A stretch of 61,901 nt of DNA, filler included, from Hausera hauseri (lineage: Eukaryota): assembly GCA_046269625.1 (NCBI GenBank). It is 13 parts of 13 records of this genome, joined end to end, with 100 filler letters (N's around TTAATTAATTAA, not from the genome) between each part and the next. Parts side by side here need not be neighbours in the genome. Positions count along the whole stretch, not along the records: positions 47,517 to 53,682 come from JBJURY010131761.1; positions 53,783 to 57,729 come from JBJURY010866631.1; positions 57,830 to 61,901 come from JBJURY010780647.1; 10 more parts are not named here. The stretch is one strand, 5' to 3'. The notes under the pieces were generated by a model. It made no database searches. It was not told the DNA's origin and was given only the letters and a program-made list of their open reading frames with translations. This document shows positions 47,517-58,281 of the stretch, in pieces (position 1 is the stretch's first letter; the number at the start of each line of letters is the position of its first letter). Made by a program: the position numbers and the translations under genes.

Positions 47517-50500
47517 ATTTTGGTCTTTATAAGATTCGTATGACAGTTGAATTCACTCGTTCAACCATTACGTTTCAGTGAGGATCATAAGCTGTCATAG
47601 TTAGTCGTTCAATCTCGAATATCTTGATAACTTTGTCAAATAATTCACTCGTAAAATTCCTTCCTCGATCCCTCAAGATTTGTCATGAGGTCCTTATCTA
47701 CAAATAATTTTTCTTACTGCGGCTTCTGCCAGTTTCCGCTCCTTGGTCACTTAGTGCTATTAACTCTACATATTGAGTTAAAAGGTCAATGCACGTCAAA
47801 ATGAATTTGTTACTCTTGTTAGTCGTAAGCAGTGGTCCTACAATATCCATAGAAATTGCTTGCGTGGGTCTATCCGGTACGTTTATGGGTTTTAGTTCGG
47901 CTTTGTGATGTCGCACTTTTCTTTGGTTTGTTATGCTCACTTCGCATGCATATATCTAATTCTTTACCTCAGTATAAACGCTTGGCCAATAATATTTGTT
48001 TAATATTCTTTCCTATTATTTTTTCCAGCTAAGTCTTAGTCATTTTTGGTCATAAGCACTTCCGTTTATAGTTCTTTTGGAATAACTACAAGTCTTCGTC
48101 CTTTATGTTCGTAATACAAAATGTTTTTATTATTCTTGTCATCCGGTACACAATATTTATGACTGAATCTTTGCAAATGATTTCGTAACTGGTGACGTTT
48201 CTGAAAATCCAATAATCTATTGGATAACTTTATCTTTCTGCTCGCTCAAAATCTTGATAGCTTTATTTAGCGTTAAGGCACGTGGTCTGTCCAAAAATTC
48301 TTCGAGTTGAGCTTTTCTCTTTACAGCAACCGCAGTCGATTTTTTTCAATCTCTATAGGGCATCAGAATCGATATGCTTACTGCGGGGTTTATACTGAAA
48401 TTCAATATTATACCGTGATATTTCCTCTATCCATCTGTCTAGTCTAAATGTTGGATTATTCGCTCGTTCTTTCAAAGTTGTAACAGCCGTATGATTGGTA
48501 ACAATTATAATTTTCTGTCCGTAGACGTAAACGTTAGTTTAGTAAGCCTTATTTTACCGTTAATGTTTCTAGTTCTGTGTCTAAGTAATTTGTTTTGACC
48601 TTCTTTAGTGATCGTTCTTCATACGCGATCGGATGTTCCAATTCTTCATCCCGTTTTTGGGCTAACTCATCCAATTCCTTTGCTAACGTCAGTTTTAATT
48701 ATAAATGGTTTTAATTATAAAAGTTTTAATTATAAAGTCAGGGTATCTCAAGACTAGTTTACTGGTAAAATTTTTCTCATTTCGTCGAAAGCTTTCTGTT
48801 TGGTCTTGTACATTTCCATTTAATTTCTTTTTCGCGTAAACAATACAAGGGTGCATTTATTTTCGAATTATCTGTTACGTAAGTGGCATAATATCCGCAT
48901 AAGCCTAACCAATGTCTCAGTTCCTTTGATTCTTTTGGTCCATACAATCTGATATCTTGTTTAATAATGATGTCTCATGTTTCGATCCTCCTCCAACGAT
49001 ATGTTCGAGATTGGATACAGTATTCAGAACTCATTTACATTTCTTAGTGTTAACCTTTAATCCAGCTTGTTGCAATATGATTTGTATCTAATATCTTTTG
49101 TGTTCTTCGTCCGTACTTGATGCGATCATTATGTCATCCAAATATGCAAATGCATGTTCCGGTTTCATTAGCATTTTATTCATCATCCAGGTGGAAATAG
49201 CTGGTCCGGTTGTAATATCAAATTACATGACATTAAATTCGTATACACCGCCAGAAGTTTTTAATGCCGTCTTATAACGGTCGTCGTCTTCTATCTCCAC
49301 TTGTCAGTATACAAATTGTAAATCCAAAGTGGTAAATTATTTTGCTCCAGAATGCCTATCTAGAGCTGCTTCCACAGAGGGCAGTTGGAAAGAGTTTCAC
49401 CATGAGAGTATCAGCTCTGTATAATCGATACAAAATCGGTGTTTGGTAGAACCTTTCTTTTTAATCATAAGTATAGGTGAATACCAAGATCTATATATAG
49501 CCCGGTCTAATGATGTCGGCTTTAAGCATTCGTTCAACTTCCTTTGTTATTTCGGGTATTAACGAATGTGGTGGAAGTATCATTGCATCTTTTGATCTTC
49601 GAGATCAATCTCATCGTTTGAGCCAAACTTTCTTGAGAGGAATCTCTACCAATATCTTCATCTCTGACGATAATTTATTCATAATAGCACATATAAAAAC
49701 GACAATACACTTCAAGCGAAAATTTAGTTTCGACCTAAGGTGGAAATTCAGCACATTTGTAATGTTTCTACTCATTGATTATTGACGATGCCTTATAAGT
49801 ATGATCCAACGTGCTGTTAGCGTAAAGTCTAATTGGAGTTTGCGCATTGTTAACTAATCTGATCGGCACACGGCCTGACGATACTCTTGTTAATACATCG
49901 CTGAGTACGATACTTGAAATTAGCGTTTCTTTTGGTGCGAAATACACTGATTGACCATCATCTTAATGCAACTGTGCATATATCAGCATCTCTGTTCTTG
50001 GTGGGATATTTTCATCTATCGTAATCCATACTTCTCCGGAATTTCTATCTTTGGTGGTTTTTACTCCTTTCATTAGTACAAGTTCTATCATCATTCTAGC
50101 TGCATCATATATAGTTCTCTCTTTTTCGTCTAATACGTCACTATGGAGACCAGAGTAATTTACTATACGGATTAATTTCTTCATAAGCTCCGTCAATTCT
50201 TCATTATCCGAGTTGAGCGTAAGTATCGACATTTGTCTTAATTATCTAATTAAATCTCTATTATAATCGGTATCTTCTCGCACTCTCTTCGGTCTTCCGA
50301 CAGGTCGTTTTTGTTTCGATGTAAGTGGAATAATTTCATTTGGCGGTGTTAAGTTTTTATCATATTGCTCTTCATCTTCGTCCGTTTGCAAGTACTCAAA
50401 TTCACTCGAATTCAACTGCAGCGTCTTGAATTCCCACTGTTCAGTTTTAGTCTCTCGTATGGCATCTTTGGTTCTTCATTAGTGATTGCGGCGCCTATAC

Positions 50501-53400
50501 GATTTGTTTCACCTCGGATAAATCCAACGTCTATTGAACACTTTTTCATCTCGTATCTTACCTCTAAAATAAAGTCGATAGTTTACTTTGCTCATAGCAC
50601 CGTTGTATATTAGCCATTGTTTTATATCTTTAACAGATGAAGCTGTTCTGTATTCATATTCCTTTTCATCAATCCACTCCGACGACACTTATCTTTAACG
50701 TTATATAAGGTGTATCCGTTAAGATTTTAGCGTAATTCTTTATTAAGAGTTTGGTGCAGCACTATAGATCGTGTTTTCGCTGGATAATTTAGTTAAAGTA
50801 TGAATGAGTGTTTTAGCTTATTCAAGGTGATGTTTACATTAATTAATTCGATTAAATCCTTCTCGGTTACCGCTGGATCCAGAAGCATTTCCACATTGAA
50901 TCTCCAATTTTGTCGATACATTCCCACTCCTACATCTCTGTTGCATTTCAGCCATTCGTGTCGTCCGGAATCCGACTCCATTTGTCATCTTTGTACAAAT
51001 TTTGATTTATTGGTTATTTCTGACTCGGTAAAAGCGTGTTTGTTTCTGTGGACTTCCTATTCCTTAGCCATTTCATCCATTTCTGTTTTTCTTTCGTCTG
51101 TATGAATTTGATTTTTCTGAGTGCGACGAATCTGATTTTGTAATTGTCTCATTCTTTCATCACTGATTTCGGCTGTTTCTACTAATAAGTGTTAGTTTGC
51201 TCATTTGTTAAGGTACTGGAGTCTGGGTTGATTCTTTCAATTAATCTCTTTATAAAGTTCGTTTCCTCAAAAGAGAGTTGGTGGTCATCCATTATTTTTA
51301 TTAGTTCGGTATGCCAATTTTGATCTGTTCCTGGCATCTACTTGGATTGATCACGCAAAATTTTTAATAGTCCTAATATAGAGTTTTCGTAGTCTGAACA
51401 TATATCCAATATTTTTAGCTCCTGCGTCGTTTTTTTTCTCTTTTATAGGTTCCATCGCTATACTGGATTCCTTCCAATCGAACAATTTTCAGTTTCAGCT
51501 TCTTGTGGCAGTCCTTTAATTTGTCGTCCAGACCTTCTATAAACCCCATAATCTGTTTTGCATAGTTGAACTGATTATTTTTGATCGTCGAACTTTTAGA
51601 CACAAGCTTTTATTATCGCCTTTGTCTCTTCATCATTTATGTTCATTATCCGTTTCCGCAAGATGAAGATTTCTGATCGTTTTTCATTGTCATTCTTAAT
51701 GCGAGCTTCGATGTTTTCGTACTGTTTAGGCTCGGTAGATGTAACTCTCATAATCTCAATCAGGGATGTTTGCTTGATTGATATCTAATATATCTAAGTC
51801 ATTTTCGTTTCGCGACTTAATTGGCTTTGCTCTCAGATTACTAACTATAATATATTTGATTCCGTTCATCAATCTTTCCAGATTGCGTTTTACCCGTTTT
51901 AATTTCAGACTTGCTTCTAACGTGGTTAATAATTCTCGAACTTCGATTATTTTTACTTCAAATCTATGTTTGTTTTTTGTCCACAATTCTGGGATGTTAA
52001 CTCTTCTTTTCATCCACAGGTTTATGTCGTATTTCCATTTTTCTAACGACTCTTGAGGTATTTTCTCGAGTTCATCTAAATCGAGTGATTCCCTCTATCT
52101 TCCTTCATTATAGCTCATTAATTTCGCATATATTCATTCTTCAAACTGTTATTTCTTGGTGGAAATGTCTACTTGTTAGGCTATCCGTTTAAGTTTTGCT
52201 GCGTTTTGACGTATCGTTAGTGAATTCATTGGAACGTTTCTAATTTCTCGCAATTCATCAGCGTTTTTCCATGACTTTCTGATTTTCCACAGCTTTCCGT
52301 CAAACTTTCCGTCTTGTTCCGACTCATTCACTTTAAGGTAACGGGCGTATGTCATTTATTTCGTTTCTTAATTCTGTTGCTTTTGCAACCGCAACCGGTG
52401 TATTTAGACTGGATTCTTCGTCAGTCTTTGCAATACTTTCAGTTTCCTTTGATTCCTCTGAATTCTCTTTGCTTAATGGAGATCGTGAACGGTCTTTACG
52501 CTTCCGTTTAATCGATGGATTTGGGCTTCTATTCTCCGTTATTTTAAGTACTCGTGGTTCCATGAAGCCTTTCAGCTTTATCAGGTGTAACAATTTTATC
52601 CACGTTTTCAATTATAGGTTCGGTTTCTGCATCAAAACCTGGATCAATAGAAGTTTTTGGTTCATCTGTTTTGTTAGCCGCTTATTTAACAACTGGCACA
52701 TTCTTCCTTCATGTCATGCCAATTCGTTTTTGAAAAGCCAATGAGTGTTTATGTTCGGTTTTCGGTTCTCTGAAACCGTTATAAACGTTTAATAATCGTA
52801 ACTTATAATCATTTATTTCTGGCCAAGTGAACTTTTGGATTATTCTTGTCGGCTTGACCTTTTATAAATCGTCGCAAATCATGTATTTCAATAACCATAC
52901 TTGTATCATCACGGATACCGTAGGTAGCTTCTAAATTCTTATTAATTTTAATTAATCTCGTTTTGTTAGGGTCAACAAATGAAACACTTAGTGGATTTGT
53001 ACGTTATCTTGTTACCATTTGCATCTCTATCACTACGATCATTTTATCGTCTGCATTTTTAACGTTTTTATATCTGTTCAGTGCCATTTTTAAGTCTTGA
53101 GCTAATTGCAAAGTTTTATCGAAGTTTTCTGGTCGAGCTAAAATCAATTCTTTCACCAAATCTCTAGAGCAAATACTGTTTATCAATTGAGTCGTCATCA
53201 TGGCGTCTAAATCTGGAGGGGACGCCTTTTCTGCAGCACCTCGTTCTGAATCATTTTTGGCTTTGGCTACATTAGCTATTCTTAGAGTATTCACGTAACT
53301 ATTCGCAAGTTTCTTCAATGAAAATACAAACTTGGTTACCGATTCACCCGTTTGTTTCAGTTTACTCTGAAAAACCTTAAGTTTTTGCCGCGGAGTTACA
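47517..53400 (-). mobile_element. Degenerate Ty3/gypsy element: gag + long extension + RT-RH-IN
   Basis: QTGESVTKFV (Gag), FAYLDDIMI (RT), HPIAYE (RH) and ISMDIVGPL..ILTCIDLLTQY (IN). Homologous to 13751-17881. Confidence 0.88.
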
Positions 53401-53879
53401 GTTGACAACAATTTACGATTTAAGTCTCCCACCAAAGAAGACCAAAGTAGTAGGAAAGGAGCACATGAGGCCAACCCCCTCGGGAAGAAAATGTTTTTCT
53501 GATTTGCGGATGAGTCATGGGGTAGAAAAAACGATACACACATACACAATTAATAGGGCGGAGATAGGAGACACACAGTCACAAAGTAGATACACACAGG
53601 CGGGCGAACTGTATGGTTTTTTAGGTACGTGTAAAAATTTGAATTTCGCGCGTAAAAATTTTTTTTAACAAAGCATTTTCTGNNNNNNNNNNNNNNNNNN
53701 NNNNNNNNNNNNNNNNNNNNNNNNNNTTAATTAATTAANNNNNNNNNNNNNNNNNNNNNNNNNNNNNNNNNNNNNNNNNNNNGTTATTTTACCGGACAAG
53801 CGTCCAAATATGTATATAAAGGATACAGAGTATAGTATCAAATCCATCTACAACATTTTATCACCCGAATGTCTCATGA

Positions 53880-54360
53880 TGAACCGTGAAAAGTGGAAAA
53901 GCAATATAATATTCACTGTGTTTCTTTGCCCCGAATCCGTATTTGGCATATTTTTCATTCTGAACATTGTTTTATGGGTCACTAAAAGTTCAGCTGCAGT
54001 ACCATCTGGTGCAATTGCTGGTCCATTGGGTGTGTTTTTCCATTAGCTTTCCACTGTGCATTGTCGGCGCATATATCGGATTCAAAAAGGCGCCAATTTC
54101 TCAACCAGTAGGAACTAATCAGATTCCACGACAAATACGATACCAGTCGCTTTACACGCGTGCTGCTCCCAGCATTCTTATAGTAGGAGTTTTAGCATTC
54201 AGTTGTATATTTATTCAGCTATTTTATACTCTCGACATCATATGTTCGACATACGTTTATTATATGTTTGGCCTCTCGTTTCTGGTTTTCAGCATTCTTG
54301 TGATTACCTGTTCGGAAACGACTAATTTTCCGCGCTATTTCCACCTGTGCGCCGAACATT
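53880..54360 (+). pseudogene. Transmembrane 9 superfamily (TM9SF2-like) internal fragment, frameshifted
   Basis: EKWKSN..T.FLCP, SSAAVP, PVGTNQIPRQI, CIFIQLF, YYMFG and ITCSET...YFHLCAE. Confidence 0.85.
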
Positions 54361-54999
54361 TTAACGATAAATTCACCAATTGCGAAACACTGAATTTTTC
54401 ACGAACAAAAACGGGGCTAATACGTTAGCAGCTCAATTCGGATCAGTGAAGCGTGCGTTGAAACGTTCGGCAAAGGACGCCTGTTTCAATAACAGTGATG
54501 ACACTTGGATATTGCGCGGTTCGAAGGAAAAATCGGGCATCCCACATTTTGTTGCCCGCCCTGTCGAGGCGGAGATCCCTACCGCCAACTCTGCGCCGAT
54601 CGGTCGGACGGCACCTTTGATGTTTTCCCCACATCACGCCCCCAGGCCCACCACTGCTCCCATTTCCGTTTTCTTTTTTTATAACAACATTCACATATAC
54701 CCTCCATACCATACACCCACACATTCCCTTTCTTCAGACCCGCATTTCTTTTTCCCTTGGTTCTTTAGACTTCTATCTCACTCTAAACGGCGCTATTATA
54801 CACCTCAATGAAACTTTACCTCCTTTTTCAAATCATGCTTGTTTCAACATACATCGCCGTATCCGTGGTGGAATGAACTCTACCAATTACTGACACAACG
54901 GATACAACCACCACAAAAAAGCCAATACCCATTTTCTACTACACCAGACCAAATCATCCACCTACCTTAACCGACTCAAATTCTTCAAACAAAAATCCT

Positions 55000-57729
55000 G
55001 TCCATACTTCTCCACATTGCACTGACTACTTCATAGATAAAGAAAAGTCCAGTAAAACGTGGCTTCATTTCCATCAACTCTGGCTACAATCTAATGGTAT
55101 AACAGACTCCTTATCTAAAGCCCACAGCTTACTCTATCTTCTTCCAAACTCCATAAAAGCCTCAATACATAACTTGCTAGACATCATTCAACACCCTGAC
55201 CCTTATACCCAATTATTCAACGCTGTATTAAAACAGACCAAACTTTCAATTCACTCCATAATGCAACGTTTCTTTAATGAAAATACAATGGTGACACAAA
55301 AACCCAGTGACTTCCTACGCACCTCGTTAGCACACTCACGTACTCTTGGCGTCACTAAGGAACATAACCCAGATCTTCCGCCATTATTTTCTAAATGCCG
55401 TACCTATCCAAATTCGAGCCCTTCTTACCGAGGTGGCTGACTCCACGCCGCTTGAAAAGTTGGCCGAATTGGCCGATAGGACACACGATATTCTAAACGC
55501 AAACTCTCAACCAGTAGTTTCAGTAGCAGTTGCCGCTGACGACATTCAAACAACTAACACGCCCATAGAACAACAGCTTAATCAGTTACATGCTAAAAAT
55601 ATTGCATTGCAGGCAACAATCAACAACATCAATAATAAATTAAATGTATTGCCCATGTCCCGATGGAGGGGTTTTGCCACTGACCGCGCCCGTTCCACGT
55701 CAAGAAACCGCTCACCATCTCCTGCGCGTGCGTCGATCTGCTATTACCACAGCAGATTTAACACTAATGCCCAGAAGTGCTGCCTAGGATGCAAGTTTTA
55801 TAACCAGAAATTTTCCTCGGACACCGTTGTCTACATCTACCACGCAAGATTCAAAAATCAAGCTCGTAGATGTATTCCAGGCTGCACTTTCAAATCCCAC
55901 ACGAATGACGGACGTACTGCTTAGTCGTCCTAATTCACCTTTTCAAAAAAACTAAGTTCGCCACCAGAAGTCACGGCAAACTTTGGCAACGGCACTACTT
56001 TACATTCCCAACGCCGACATGTCTCTTTCGCCGTTTTCACCTTAAAGGCCGCAATCACTGCTCCTACAACTCAATCTGTTGACTTTCTCATCGATACAGG
56101 TGCAGCGATTTCTCTACTACCGCAAACCTTTCCTGTTCAAAACCCTCCATTAAAACTTAAGCCCTTACACACTGCTTCAGGCCAACCGCTGCACATCTCT
56201 GGCATGGCTAAATTGTCTTTCACTCTTCCAAATTTTCCAACACCTTTCCGCTGGACGTTCATAGTCGCTAACGTCCAGTCGGCAATTCTAGGATCTGACT
56301 TTCTTTCACATTATAATCTACTGGTTGACTGCAGCTAACGATGTCTCAGGAACGGCACCACTGGCCGCATTTCTGAGCATGTAAATAGCATTTCGACTAC
56401 CGCGCAGTCGACCGGAATGCGGAAGCCTATCTTAAAAAAGTCTGCGAATAATTCGATATTTTATAACGATAATTCTATTCGTAAATTTTTAAATAATAAT
56501 ACTGACATTCGATCGAAGTTCAATGTCGATAATTGTGGTACTGCCACCAACGCTAACTCATTCGACGAAAATACCTCAGCCAACACCATTTTCAATTCTT
56601 CCATCTTACACCAAATACCACTTGACTGCACATCACCTAACAACTCACACATTGCATCCGCTACCACTGAAACCGTTCCATCACGTTCAACGAATCTCTC
56701 ATAGCTATCTACGACGTTACAGCAATTCATCAACACATCATGTCCACGTGTACTTAAAAAAGATCGTACTTTTACTCCCGCCAACAGCACTTTACACCAT
56801 ATAGTCACACAGCATCAACGTCCAATACGCCAAAAGGTACGGCTCCTGTCACCTCGCCGTAGACAGGCCGTAGAAGCCGAATTTCTTGAGCTAGAACGCC
56901 GTTCCAAATTTCTTGGTCATCACCGTTACACGTGGTACAAAAAAGGATGGTACTTTTCGACCATGCGGTGACTATCGACATGTAAACCACTTGACTATCA
57001 TGGATACATATCCTTTACCACTCATCAAAGATATCCTACATCGTCTTAATTCAACCACCATCTATTCTACCATTGACTTAGCTAAAGCCTACCATCAAAT
57101 ACCGGTAGCACCTGAAGACATAGAAATAACCGCAGTAACTACTCCTTTTGGCCTCTATGAATATCTATTCATGCCATTTGGTTTGCGGAATGCCGCACAA
57201 ACTTTTCAGCGGCACATTGATTCAGTTCTTGTAGATTTTCCGTTTGCACACCCTTATATCGACGAATCCTAGTCGTTTCATCTTCGGCCAAGCAACACGA
57301 AGAACACCTTCGTGCATATTCCAACGTCTTAACCATCATAATCTCCAAATCAATTTAGACAAATGCCATTTCTTCAAAAAGCGCATTAACTTTTTAGGCC
57401 ACGTTATCACACCAGATGGTCATTCTCCCCAATCAGACCGAGTCGAAGCTCTTAAAAACATCCAGTTGCCACGTACGACCACCGAAATGCGTAGCTTCCT
57501 TGGCACACTTCACTTTGTGCATAAATATGTGTCATATTGCTCGGAATTAACAGCTCCATTCGCACACCTAGGCGGCGGCAAAAAACATCAACCAATCCCA
57601 TGGACACCTGAATTGGTTGACAAATTCGACAAACTCCGAGACGGCATAAAATCTGTAGATATTCTTGCTTTTCCCAAGCCTGATGCAGAGCTCATCCTCA
57701 CCACTGACGCGTCAACCACTGCTGTAGGC
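55000..57729 (+). mobile_element. CsRN1/Kabuki-clade Ty3/gypsy gag-pol, degenerate
   Basis: Gag motifs QKPSDFL and LAELAD, CHCC motif CYYH..F...A.KC..C, AAAAAAC slippery site near 55945, FLIDTGA (PR), RPCGDYR / MPFGLRNAAQTFQR (RT) and TDASTTAVG (RH). Confidence 0.9.
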
Positions 57730-57829
57730 NNNNNNNNNNNNNNNNNNNNNNNNNNNNNNNNNNNNNNNNNNNNTTAATTAATTAANNNNNNNNNNNNNNN
57801 NNNNNNNNNNNNNNNNNNNNNNNNNNNNN

Positions 57830-58030
57830 GTGAAAGTAGATCCTCAGAAAAGAAGAAAAGATGCTTACCAGTTCGAAGGACCGTATGAAATAATTCGACA
57901 AATTTCGCCGCATCAGTGGGAGTTGAAAAACATGGAAGATGGTAGAATGATTCGTAGAAGAGTGAAATGGTTGAAAAGAGTGAACAAGGATCATAAAGGA
58001 GAGGGGAAAGTAATGGAGCAGCAAAAATAA
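57830..58030 (+). mobile_element. Gypsy integrase C-terminal (GPY/F) fragment
   Basis: KKDAYQFEGPYEII...RRVKWLKR, ending in a purine run (AAAGGAGAGGGGAAAG). Confidence 0.65.
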
Positions 58031-58281
58031 ATCTTTTTTTTTCATATTTATAATTAATAAATAACAATTCTAAATTCATATTTTGACAAAATGTACGATA
58101 AAATGTCAGGTGATACGCCGGATTTCGATCCGCCGATTTTGCCGAGCAAACCAATCGTAACTGTCGAATAAACAAAATTTCAGAAATTGCACGGAAATTC
58201 ATACGCCAACTTATGAAAAAAAAATTTTCAAACTCAAAACACAATCAAATATCAGTTTATTTTAATGTAAATAAATTGAGC

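Noticed and set aside
48692-48736. Triple GTTTTAATTATAAA repeat; also short duplications at 13201-13237 and 61732-61750
   Set aside because: These are ordinary slippage duplications in decayed or AT-rich DNA.
49600-50232. Apparent absence of an aspartic protease in the contig-11 gypsy element
   Set aside because: This copy has other deletions (the zinc knuckle is also missing), so loss by decay is the simpler explanation.
4434-57829. Regularly recurring TTAATTAATTAA motif as a biological repeat or CRISPR-like array
   Set aside because: It is always embedded in N44 runs, so it is an artificial contig linker. ORFs containing X runs are artefacts, and adjacency across linkers has no meaning.
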